Shown piece after piece: positions 1 to 11,095 of a stretch of DNA of 54,828 bases; within the stretch, counting starts at the first letter, position 1; each line of letters begins with the position of its first letter. The stretch covers positions 1 through 54,828 of the forward strand of contig JAUCBJ010000386.1 in assembly GCA_032718475.1 (NCBI GenBank). Reading direction: 5' to 3'. The DNA comes from Nemertoderma westbladi (taxonomy: Eukaryota > Animalia > Xenacoelomorpha). The notes below the pieces were generated by a model, which saw only the letters and a list, made by a program, of their open reading frames with translations, made no database searches and was not told the DNA's origin. The translations under genes were made by a program, and so were the position numbers.

Positions 1-64
1 TTTATTATCTAGAAGACATCCTAATTTGGCGGGTTAAACTGCCAAAGGTCTGAAAGCGCGAACA
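1..64. mobile_element. Possible terminus of a second, different LTR element, truncated by the window edge
   Basis: Unique sequence ending ...GCGCGAACA that interrupts the 72-bp unit mid-repeat; only 64 nt visible. Confidence 0.3.
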
Positions 65-3000
65 CTGATTATTCAGTGTGGCTGGACCCACGCACGGAAA
101 GTTAGCTGAAACATTACAGAAACTCGTGTATCTTAACTGATTATTCAGTGCAGCTGGATCCACGCACGGAAAGTTAGCTGAAACATTACAGAAACTTGTG
201 TATCTTAACTGATTATTCAGTGCAGCTGGATCCACGCACAGAAAGTTAGCTGAAACATTACAGAAACTCGTGTGTCTTAACTGATTATTCAGTGCAGCTG
301 GATCCACGCACAGAAAGTTAGCTGAAACATTACAGAAACTCGTGTATCTTAACTGATTATTCAGTGCAGCTGGATCCACGCACAGAAAGTTAGCTGAAAC
401 ATTACAGAAACTCGTGTATCTTAACTGATTATTCAGTGCAGCTGGATCCACGCACAGAAAGTTAGCTGAAACATTACAGAAACTTGTGTATCTTAACTGA
501 TTATTCAGTGCAGCTGGATAAACGCACAGAAAGTTAGCTGAAACATTACAGAAACTCGTGTATCTTAACTGATTATTAAGTGTGGCTGGATCCACGCACA
601 GAAAGTTAGCTGAAACATTACAGAAACTTGTGTATCTTAACTGATTATTCAGTGCAGCTGGATCCACGCACAGAAAGTTAGCTGAAACATTACAGAAACT
701 CGTGTATCTTAACTGATTATTCAGTGCAGCTGGATCCACGCACAGAAAGTTAGCTGAAACATTACAGAAACTTGTGTATCTTAACTGATTATTCAGTGCA
801 GCTGGATCCACGCACAGAAAGTTAGCTGAAACATTACAGAAACTCGTGTATCTTAACTGATTATTAAGTGTGGCTGGATCCAGGCACGGAAAGTTAGCTG
901 AAACAATACAAAAACTCGTGCATCTTAACTGATTATTCAGTGTGGCTGGACCCACGCACGGAAAGTTAGCTGAAACAATACAAAAACTCGTGTATCTTGA
1001 CTGATTATTCAGTGTGGCTGGATCCACGCACAGAAAGTTAGCTGAAACAATACAAAAACTCGTGCATCTTAACTGATTATTCAGTGCAGCTGGACCCACG
1101 CACAGAAAGTTAGCTGAAACAATACAGAAACTCGTGTATCTTGACTGATTATTCAGTGCAGCTGGATCCACGCACGGAAAGTTAGCTGAAACAATACAGA
1201 AACTCGTGTATCTTGACTGATTATTCAGTGTGGCTGGATCCACGCACAGAAAGTTAGCTGAAACAATACAAAAACTCGTGCATCTTAACTGATTATTCAG
1301 TGTGGCTGGACCCACGCACTGAAAGTTAGCTGAAACATTACAGAAACTCGTGTATCTTAACTGATTATTCAGTGGAGCTGGATCCACGCACAGAAAGTTA
1401 GCTGAAACAATACAAAAACTCGTGCATCTTAACTGATTATTCAGTGTGGCTGGACCCACGCACGGAAAGTTAGCTGAAACATTACAGAAACTCGTGTATC
1501 TTAACTGATTATTCAGTGCAGCTGGACCCACGCACGGCAAGTTAGCTGAAACATTACAGAAACTCGTGTATCTTAACTGATTATTCAGTGCAGCTGGACC
1601 CACGCACGGAAAGTTAGCTGAAACATTACAGAAACTCGTGTATCTTAACTGATTATTCAGTGCAGCTGGACCCACGCACGGAAAGTTAGCTGAAACATTA
1701 CAGAAACTCGTGTATCTTGACTGATTATTCAGTGTGGCTGGATCCACGCACGGAAAGTTAGCTGAAACAATACAGAAACTCGTGTATCTTGACTGATTAT
1801 TCAGTGTGGCTGGATCCACGCACAGAAAGTTAGCTGAAACAATACAAAAACTCGTGCATCTTAACTGATTATTCAGTGTGGCTGGACCCACGCACGGAAA
1901 GTTAGCTGAAACATTACAGAAACTCGTGTATCTTGACTGATTATTCAGTGTGGCTGGATCCACGCACAGAAAGTTAGCTGAAACAATACAGAAACTCGTG
2001 TATCTTGACTGATTATTCAGTGCAGCCGGATCCACGCACGGAAAGTTAGCTGAAACAATACTGATACTCGTGTATCTTTACTGATTATTCAGTGCAGCTG
2101 GATCCACGCACGGAAAGTTAGCTGAAACAATACAGAAACTCGTGTATCTTGACTGATTATTCAGTGCAGCTGGATCCACGCACGGAAAGTTAGCTGAAAC
2201 AATACAGAAACTCGTGTATCTTGACTGATTATTCAGTGTGGCTGGATCCACGCACAGAAAGTTAGCTGAAACAATACAAAAACTCGTGCATCTTAACTGA
2301 TTATTCAGTGTGGCTGGACCCACGCACGGAAAGTTAGCTGAAACATTACAGAAACTCGTGTATCTTAACTGATTATTCAGTGCAGCTGGATCCACGCACA
2401 GAAAGTTAGCTGAAACAATACAAAAACTCGTGCATCTTAACTGATTATTCAGTGTGGCTGGACCCACGCACGGAAAGTTAGCTGAAACATTACAGAAACT
2501 CATGTATCTTAACTGATTATTCAGTGCAGCTGGACCCACGCACGGAAAGTTAGCTGAAACATTACAGAAACTCGTGTATCTTAACTGATTATTCAGTGCA
2601 GCTGGATCCACGCATAGAAAGTTAGCTGAAACAATACAAAAACTCGTGCATCTTAACTGATTATTCAGTGTGGCTGGACCCACGCACGGAAAGTTAGCTG
2701 AAACATTACAGAAACTCGTGTATCTTAACTGATTATTCAGTGCAGCTGGATCCACGCATAGAAAGTTAGCTGAAACAATACAAAAACTCGTGCATCTTAA
2801 CTGATTATTCAGTGTGGCTGGACCCACGCACGGAAAGTTAGCTGAAACATTACAGAAACTCGTGTATCTTAACTGATTATTCAGTGTGGCTGGACCCACG
2901 CACGGAAAGTTAGCTGAAACAATACAAAAACTCGTGCATCTTAACTGATTATTCAGTGTGGCTGGACCCACGCACGGAAAGTTAGCTGAAACATTACAGA

Positions 3001-3598
3001 AACTCGTGTATCTTAACTGATTATTCAGTGCAGCTGGATCCACGCACGGAAAGTTAGCTGAAACATTACAGAAACTTGTGTATCTTAACTGATTATTCAG
3101 TGTGGCTGGACCCACGCACGGAAAGTTAGCTGAAACATTACAGAAACTCGTTTATCTTAACTGATTATTCAGTGCAGCTGGATCCACGCACGGAAAGTTA
3201 GCTGAAACAATACAAAAACTCGTGCATCTTAACTGATTATTCAGTGTGGCTGGACCCAGGCACGGAAAGTTAGCTGAAACAATACAAAAACTCGTGCATC
3301 TTAACTGATTATTCAGTGTGGCTGGACCCACGCACGGAAAGTTAGCTGAAACAATACAAAAACTCGTGCATCTTAACTGATTATTCAGTGTGGCTGGACC
3401 CACGCACGGAAAGTTAGCTGAAACAATACATAAACTCGTGCATCTTAACTGATTATTCAGTGTGGCTGGACCCACGCACGGAAAGTTAGCTGAAACAATA
3501 CAAAAACTCGTGCATCTTAACTGATTATTCAGTGTGGCTGGACCCACGCACGGAAAGTTAGCTGAAACAATACAAAAACTCGTGCATCTTAACTGATT
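65..3598. repeat. 72-bp tandem array, left block (49 units)
   Basis: Unit ctgattattcagtgYRgctggaYccacgcacRgaaagttagctgaaacaWtacaRaaactcgtgYatcttRa; 66-3593 = 3528 = 49 x 72. Confidence 0.98.
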
Positions 3599-4135
3599 TG
3601 TTAGCTTATCCAATTCCGCTAACACAAACCCATAGAGTGAGCCATAAAGCAATATTGGGAGCCTATTGTCAGCCCAGTAAACGGGGACAATAGGCCCCAA
3701 AGGAGACACACACAATAAGGGTCAGGGGTTACTCCCCTGACAAGAGAGAGAACAGCAAGGGCGAAGGGAAGCACTTCAGAGGGGGGCAAAGGGTGCCAAC
3801 AGGGGTATCAACCAATCAGAGGGGGGAAAGGCATCGATTGAGTAGCAATAAGGCCACCGTGCAATATAACCAGTTACCAGTAATCATACCGGTCAGTTAT
3901 TCAGTTTACTCAGTCAGATCAGTAGGGTGGAACGGGGACTTCTGTCACCGTCCGCTACCGCCATCATACTTATATTACCTGTTGTGTCATACTATATCTA
4001 TATCTATATATCAGACTATTATACCTTATACGGTACATATAACCGAACACCAGAACTCTTTTACCTTTCACACACGGCGGGGACGCGTGGATAGAAAACC
4101 CAACGGATAAACCGGGATCCGTAGATCCCGTCACA
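3599..4135 (+). repeat. 5' LTR (537 bp)
   Basis: TGTTAGC...GTCACA; by eye identical to the 3' LTR except an extra 5 nt (CGGTA, ~4031-4035). Confidence 0.96.
3812..3920 (+). promoter_or_regulatory. Putative LTR promoter: CCAAT, TATA-like box, clustered TCAGT initiator-like motifs
   Basis: CCAAT 3812-3816; TATAA 3865-3869; TCAGT at 3893-3897 (~28 nt downstream) and repeated after it. Motif inspection only. Confidence 0.5.
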
Positions 4136-4156
4136 GTGACAGAACTAGATCCGCCC
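4136..4156 (+). promoter_or_regulatory. Non-canonical primer-binding site, complementary to the element's own LTR
   Basis: No TGG start; GTGACAGAA (4136-4144) is the exact reverse complement of TTCTGTCAC (3940-3948); TCCGCCC (4150-4156) can pair with GGGTGGA (3925-3931). Confidence 0.6.
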
Positions 4157-4224
4157 AGCTGCCCTGACAGAGATAGAATAGAGCTACCGTCCTAGCTAGC
4201 GACGACCAGCTACCAAAGACGACG

Positions 4225-7200
4225 ATGAGAGAGAGAGGAACGACACCGCCGCGGACCCCGGACGACGATCTAACGATCCGCGAGGCCACGGCGAGACGAT
4301 ACGAACCCACGACGCCGATTGATGCTACGCCGACCACGTCGACGCAGGTTGACGCTACGTCGATAACGAGCAACACGGCGAACCAAGATGTGGGGGGTCG
4401 TCTACCAGGAGAGAGCGAGTCGAGTAGAGGAGACGAGTCGGGAGGAGAAGAGAAAGACGAGTCGACGCGGAGCGAGGGTCGGCATACCGATGTCACAGGT
4501 CAGCCACAGACCGAGGACGACGGACGGTCCACCGGAACGGCGACGGTGGGGCCGCCGGTACAACGCCGGACCCGGAGAGATGAGGGAGATGTCGGTACCG
4601 ATGTCGCCGGCCAGCTACAGGCCGAGGACGACGAACGGTCCACCGGAGGGGCGACGGTGGGGCCGACGGTACGACGCCGGACACGGAAGGGTAGAGGAGA
4701 TGTCGGCAACGAGGACGTCGGAATCGGCGACCGGCTCCGACGAGCCTACCTCGCGACCCGAGAGCGACTGAGAGAGGCCAAAGGAGGGGCGAAGATAGAC
4801 GAGGTGAGACTGAGGAAACGACTAGGTGAGTCGAATAGACACTTTGATTACCTAATGCGTTTTGGGCAGAGAGAACTAGCCGAGGAGAGGGCGAGGGGAG
4901 TTGCCAACGAACTGATTGAACTATGGGAGTGTAGGGGTATGGAACCTAGTGTAGTGTACATAGGGCCATACTTAGTCGATGCCCGGGGAGTTAAGTTAGT
5001 GGGTTGGAAGAGACCTGAGGAGGGCGAATCCGAGGTTAACTCCGAGGATTCGGTCTCGTCGGTTGGAGGAAGTTCCGGGAGGCGGGGGAAAGTTGATAGG
5101 ACGGAGGGGCGGCGGGAGTCCGTCGCAACCGATAAGTCTGCTACATCCTCCGCGAAAGAAAGAAGGGTGCTAAAATTAAATCTGACGTATGAATTAGCGA
5201 TGGTGGCGACAGAGCAGAATGAGTTAGAGAGACGATTGAGAGAGGAAACCGCATGGTCGGAGAGAGAAAGAGAGTGGGCAAGGGAGGATAGAGAGAGAGT
5301 CAAGGAGTGTAGAGAGCGGGAGATGAGAGTAGGGGACGAGCCGGCGACGTGGCGTGAGATGGTTGCGAGAGATACCGAGTTGGCCGAGCAAAGTTTACAT
5401 GATTTGCGTGCCCAGCTAAGGGGGCTTGCGCAATATCAAGCCGAACTGAATCAGCGCCGACTAAAACTGGCGCGGTTGGAAATGTCAGAGAGTGAGACCC
5501 CACTTACAGACACCGGGCGAGAGAACCAGAACTGGTGTAGCCGTACGGGCGGGGGGGGTAGTAGTAGTACGTCAGAAGTAGTTAATATTAATAGTACCGT
5601 AGTAGATAACCCTAATCCCTTTATTACAGGAAATAATAATATTTTACCAGGTAGTAGTAATTTAAATACAAATACTCTAAATAATAATTTCAATTCAAAC
5701 TCGCAAAATAATTCGAATAATAATTTAAGTTTAGAGAATAGTAGTGATCTAAGTAATTTAAATAATTTAAATAATAATCCCGTTTCAAATTCTAATAATT
5801 TAATTGATTTAACAAATAATATTGGGAATGGTGCTATTAATGTGAGCGTGTCGGACGTACATAACCCGGCAGACGGGGGCCTGGTAGGCCACGTAGTTAG
5901 TAGGCAGGAGGTGGCAGGGTTGAGCCAACCCGGCGGCGGCCTGGTAGGCCACGCAGTTAGTAGGCAGGAGGTAGCGGGGTTGAGCCAACCCGAAGTGGGC
6001 CTGGTGGGCCACGCAGTAGTAGAGAGAGAGGCGGGGGTGAATAGACCCAGCCGTAGTAGAGACAGTGCGTCGACTAGAGAGGGGTGTAGAGACGAAGTGA
6101 GAGATAATGAAGTTAGATGTGGCGGGTGGGGGGGGGCTACGGGCGCCCCACCACATAAGATTAGTGGCGAGAGAGGGGGGGCAGAGAATGCCCCACAAGA
6201 GGGACGCAGAAGTGTAGTAAGAGATAGTGAAGTTGGAAGTGGCGGGTGGGGGGGGGCTACGGGCACCCCACCGCGAGAGACTAGTAGAGAGAGAGGGGGG
6301 GGCAGAGAGTGTCCCACAGCCGTCAGCGGATAATGCGCGGGCCGAGCTAGGTAAACCGCAACACCCGGCGACGGAGAGTAATAGGGGGATGGCGAGTATC
6401 CCCAGCGGCGTGCGATCGAGCAGAGAGAGGCAGGTTGACGTCGTGAGAGGGCAGGCGAAGCGTCGAGCCCGACCAGAAGAGAGAAGAAGAACAGTGGAGT
6501 TTAACCGGGAGGTCGACGAGAGATCTCACGAGCCGGAATACTACACAGAAAAGAGAAGAAGAGAAGATAGTAGAAGAAGTGTCGCCACGAACGATAGCAG
6601 TGCGAGGACGGATAACGGACCGTCGACAGTAGAGATGGAGTCAGGGAGCCAGTGGGGTCGAACTTCGGGAGATTGCCGTCGCCCCGGAGAAACGCACCGC
6701 AGGCCGGGAGAGGGGTACAGGATGTACCGATACGAAGAAGAGAACAGGAGTGGGGATCGAAGGGAAGCTTCCCGACGTGATATAGCTGCCGATCGAGAGT
6801 ACGGTAGTCGCGGGGAGATTCGAGATTCGAGAAGAATGAACTTCGATTCGGAGGGGCACATGCAGACTGCGGGACATACTGTAGGCCTTACTGCACATAC
6901 TATTATGGGCCATGCTGGGAGAGATAGAGTGGGCGATGGGGTAGCGCGAGCGACGGGATTAAACCCGGAAGTCGCGGAGTACATACCGGTAGGTAGGCGA
7001 GAGGTAGGTAGGCCTATATCGGTACAGCAGCATGACTATAATACACAGGGACATAACATATATCCAGGGGAGGGGGGAGTTATTGGAGATAGACGTATGG
7101 GCCCCAATGTATTAACATCAACCCCAGTACCAAACATACCGGCTGGGGGGGGACAGGGTGACATTCCCCCATCACAATATCGACAATATATCCCGATAGG

Positions 7201-8005
7201 AGCAAGAATATCGAACTCCCTGGACGAGAGCAGGTCGTGCGGACAGTCACCACCACACGCGGCCATACAGGGGACTACCAGTCCACAGTTAGCTGGTAGT
7301 AGGGCCACACCGTGGCAGGGACAGAAAGAAAATAACACTATATATAATAAACACAATCCCAATATACCCAGTAGGCCGAGTCTAGACAACCAAAACATTA
7401 AATCGGTACATATAAACCTAAGCGCGATACGTGAAGGACTATACAGGAAACGCTATAATCCAGGATTCCAATGTCAATTACATCGGGACGGAACCCATAA
7501 GACCAGGAGTTGCAAGTATTGGCAAGCGTTGCCCAAACGAGATCGTGTAGCCTACACAGACGCAAACGGACTATGTCATCGATGTGTGGTAAAAGGACAC
7601 AGATCCGGAGAGTGTTGGAAAGGGAGAGGATATGAAAGGACTAAACCAGGGGCAGAGAAGCCCATTAGCAAACATAAGGGAGTCGGGAAAGTAGAAGGAG
7701 GCGTGTTGCATACACACGCAGGACGGACACAGTGCGAGGGGGCATTACATGGGCAGACACCGCGTATACCGAGGGACGAGCGGGGGTCGTCGAGGGCTCT
7801 AATGCCAGCGCACATACGAAGGGGGAGGCCAGCAAAGGTAGCACCGAAGAGAGTGTGGCGAAGAGTTAGAGGACGTATAGGAGGGCAGCAGGAGAGTGCC
7901 TACTGGAAGAAGGGGCACGTGAGAGTTTTAGTCGTCCAAAGTTTTGGACTGAGGGGGGTGGGAATGAGGGCGAGACGCCCTTCCCACGCACAAAATATAA
8001 AATAA
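4225..8005 (+). CDS. gag: Gag-like protein of the LTR element, split by a +1 frameshift (track ORFs 4225..6333 and 6227..8005; 1259 aa if one G is removed)
   Basis: Coiled-coil-like E/R-rich region, Asn-rich segment, and C-terminal CQLHRDGTHKTRSC...LCHRCVVKGHRSGEC (CX2HX4HX4C + CX2CX4HX4C, 7472-7615). G8 at 6295-6302 versus G7 at 6175-6181 in the 120-bp paralogous copy. Confidence 0.7.
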
Positions 8006-8069
8006 TTATTTAATTAAAAATAATTAAATAATAGAGTAGGTAGAAGTTAGGTAGTTAGTTAGTTAGTTA

Positions 8070-8490
8070 GTTAGTAGGAGGGTACGTGTAGTACCGTTAG
8101 TAGAAGAGTTAGTAGGAGGGTACGTATAGTACCGTTAGTAGAAGAGTTAGTAGGAGGGTACGTATAGTACCGTTAGTAGAAGAGTTAGTAGGAGGGTACG
8201 TGTAGTACCGTTAGTAGAAGAGTTAGTAGGAGGGTACGTGTAGTACCGTTAGTAGAAGAGTTAGTAGGAGGGTACGTGTAGTACCGTTAGTAGAAGAGTT
8301 AGTAGGAGGGTACGTGTAGTACCGTTAGTAGAAGAGTTAGTAGGAGGGTACGTGTAGTACCGTTAGTAGAAGAGTTAGTAGGAGGGTACGTGTAGTACCG
8401 TTAGTAGAAGAGTTAGTAGGAGGGTACGTGTAGTACCGTTAGTAGAAGAGTTAGTAGGAGGGTACGTGTAGTACCGTTAGTAGAAGAGAG
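8070..8490 (+). repeat. 38-bp tandem repeat (11 copies) inside the LTR element, each with a GGTAC-N5-GTACC hairpin
   Basis: GGTAC at 8081, 8119, 8157 ... 8461. Confidence 0.95.
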
Positions 8491-10150
8491 TTAGAGGGTA
8501 CGTAAGTACCGCTAGTTAGTTAGAGTTAGAGGGTACGTAAGTACCGCTAGTTAGTTAGAGAGTTGGAGGGTACGTAAGTACCGCTAGTTAGTTAGAGTTA
8601 GAGGGTACGTAAGTACCGCTAGTTAGTTAGAGTTAGAGGGTACGTAAGTACCGATTAGAGAGTAAGAGTTAGAGGGTACGCAGTACCGTTAGAGAGTAGG
8701 AGCTAAGGGGTACGTAGTACCATTAGTTAGTAAGAGTCAGCTAGTTAGTTAGTTAAGGGTACGTAGTACCGCTAGTTAGCTAGAGTAGTTAGAGGGTACG
8801 TAGTACCATTAGTCAGTAGGAGTTAGTTAGTTGAGGGTACGTAGTACCGCTAGCTAGCTAGAGAGTAAGAGTTAGTTAGTTAGTTAGTTAGTTGAGGGTA
8901 CGTAGTACCGATAGTTAGAGAGTTAGTAGGTACGTAGTACCTAGTTAGAGTTAGAGTTAGAGGGTACGTAGTACCGATAGTTAGAGAGTTAGAGGGTACG
9001 TAGTACCAATAGTTAGTTAGAGTTAGAGGGTACGTAAGTACCGGTTAGAGAGTAAGAGTAAGAGGGTACGTAGTACCGCTAGCTAGTAGAGAGAGCTAGA
9101 GTAGTAAGAGGGTACGTTGTACCGCTAGCTAGTAGAGAGAGCTAGAGTAGTAAGAGGGTACGTAGTACCGCTAGTTAGGGGTGTTAGTAGTAGCAGTAGA
9201 GGGTTGTGGGCACCGTAAGCGCCACGTAGTTAGAGTTAGTAGGGAATGCGCTGAACTTAGTGGGGCACGGGCGTGATGATGTGTTTGATGTAAGAGCAAG
9301 GTATGTTAATTAGGGTGGGTGCCGGGCACAAGAGGTGCCGGGCACAAAAAGAGTAGAGTAGTAGACGGGCACATAGGGTGCCAGGTAGTAGAGTTAGAGA
9401 GTTAGAGATAGAGTAGTAGAGTAGAGTAGAGAGGGCACATAGGGTGCCAGTTAGTAGAGTTAGAAGGTGCCGGGCACAAGAGGTGCCGGGCACAAAAAAG
9501 AGTTAGTAGAGTTAGAAGAGAGTTAGTAGAGTTAGTAGAGTCAGTAGTAGTTCACATAATTAACGTACCCACTCTGCCGGCACTCAGAGCGTCACGTGTA
9601 GGCGATGAGACGTAAAGGGGATGTAGAAGAGTAGAGACGGGCACATAGGGTGCCAGGTAGTAAGTTAGAGAGGTAGTAGTGTAGTAGAGAGGGCACACAG
9701 GGTGCCAGGTAGTAGAGTAGAGCAGAGGGGGCACATAGGGTGCCAGGTAGTAGAGCTAGAGAGGTAGTTGAGTAGTAGAAGGGCACATAGGGTGCCAGAT
9801 AGTAGAGTGGTTGTGGGCACCGCAAGCGCCACGTAGTTAGAAGAGTGGAGTAGAGTTAGTAGAGCTAGTTAGTAGAGTTAGTAGAGCTAGTTAGTAGAGT
9901 TAGCAGAGCTAGTGGAGTAGAGTTAGCAGAGCTAGTGGAGTAGAGTTAGTAGAGCTAGTTAGCAGAGTTGGTAGACTCAGAGGAGTCAAGTAGAGTTAGT
10001 AGAAGTAGAAAGTTAGTAGGAGTTAGTTAGACTTAGTAGAGAGTTAGAGTCAGTAGAAAGTTAGAGGCTCTCAGTTAGAGCTAGAAGTAGTAAGAGTTAG
10101 TAGTTAGCAGAGTTAGTTAGATAGTTAGAGTTAGTAAGTTAGATAAGGTA
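8490..10150 (+). repeat. Degenerate hairpin-plus-(AGTT/AGAG) low-complexity region of the element's 3' non-coding part
   Basis: ~18 more GGTAC-N3-4-GTACC and 8 GGCAC-N5-GTGCC motifs in C-poor, purine-rich spacers. Confidence 0.85.
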
Positions 10151-10548
10151 GATAGTATGATAGCACAGGGGTAGCATTAGAGATTAAAGCCTTAGGGAGT
10201 GACAAGAGAGTGGAGAGGTAACTAGTGCGGAGTGCGAAGAGAGCGTGGGCGCAATTCAAGTGTGGGGGAGGAGAAGTGAGAGGAAGAGTGTGGGACGAGG
10301 AGGTCCGGGAGTATGCGAGAGTTGGAGTAGAGTGGTGAGAGTGTTGGGGAAACAAAAATTGTGTGAGAGAAGCGCACGATCGGCCCGACACGAGACGCCA
10401 GAGGGTAGTGACATCATACCCATAGGGAGCGGCCTGGAAAGCCGACTCCGAAAAAATAGACCCACCCCACACCCGATAATAGATCGGGATCCAGCGGAAT
10501 TGTAGCGCACTTGAGTTGGATGCTATCTTCTCACCGGGAAGATAGCAT

Positions 10549-10563
10549 GGGGGGGGGGGGGAG
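10549..10563 (+). promoter_or_regulatory. Polypurine tract (G13-AG)
   Basis: Purine run directly abutting the TG of the 3' LTR. Confidence 0.9.
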
Positions 10564-11095
10564 TGTTAGCTTATCCAATTCCGCTAACACAAACCCATAG
10601 AGTGAGCCATAAAGCAATATTGGGAGCCTATTGTCAGCCCAGTAAACGGGGACAATAGGCCCCAAAGGAGACACACACAATAAGGGTCAGGGGTTACTCC
10701 CCTGACAAGAGAGAGAACAGCAAGGGCGAAGGGAAGCACTTCAGAGGGGGGCAAAGGGTGCCAACAGGGGTATCAACCAATCAGAGGGGGGAAAGGCATC
10801 GATTGAGTAGCAATAAGGCCACCGTGCAATATAACCAGTTACCAGTAATCATACCGGTCAGTTATTCAGTTTACTCAGTCAGATCAGTAGGGTGGAACGG
10901 GGACTTCTGTCACCGTCCGCTACCGCCATCATACTTATATTACCTGTTGTGTCATACTATATCTATATCTATATATCAGACTATTATACCTTATACATAT
11001 AACCGAACACCAGAACTCTTTTACCTTTCACACACGGCGGGGACGCGTGGATAGAAAACCCAACGGATAAACCGGGATCCGTAGATCCCGTCACA
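10564..11095 (+). repeat. 3' LTR (532 bp)
   Basis: Direct repeat of 3599-4135. Confidence 0.96.

Larger units (their letters stand above)
3599..11095 (+). mobile_element. Non-autonomous (pol-less) LTR retrotransposon, 7497 bp, recent insertion
   Basis: Two near-identical TG...CA LTRs; TSD TGATT (3594-3598 and 11096-11100); PPT before the 3' LTR; Gag-like ORF with Cys/His knuckles; no protease, RT, RNase H or integrase motifs seen. Confidence 0.95.

Noticed and set aside
3793-4110. 105-aa ORF (and its 98-aa twin at 10758..11054)
   Set aside because: Lies within the LTRs, GTG start, no recognisable motif, and the two copies differ by a frameshifting indel.
8070-9180. CRISPR array (palindromic repeats with spacers)
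   Set aside because: Spacers are identical or low-complexity, no cas genes, eukaryotic LTR-element context.
8040-10150. Telomeric repeat (TTAG runs resembling TTAGG)
   Set aside because: Irregular AGTT/AGAG mixture internal to an LTR element, not a canonical telomere array.
10131-10510. Short ORFs before the PPT as integrase, chromodomain or env remnant
   Set aside because: No DDE, GPY/F, chromodomain or envelope features recognisable.
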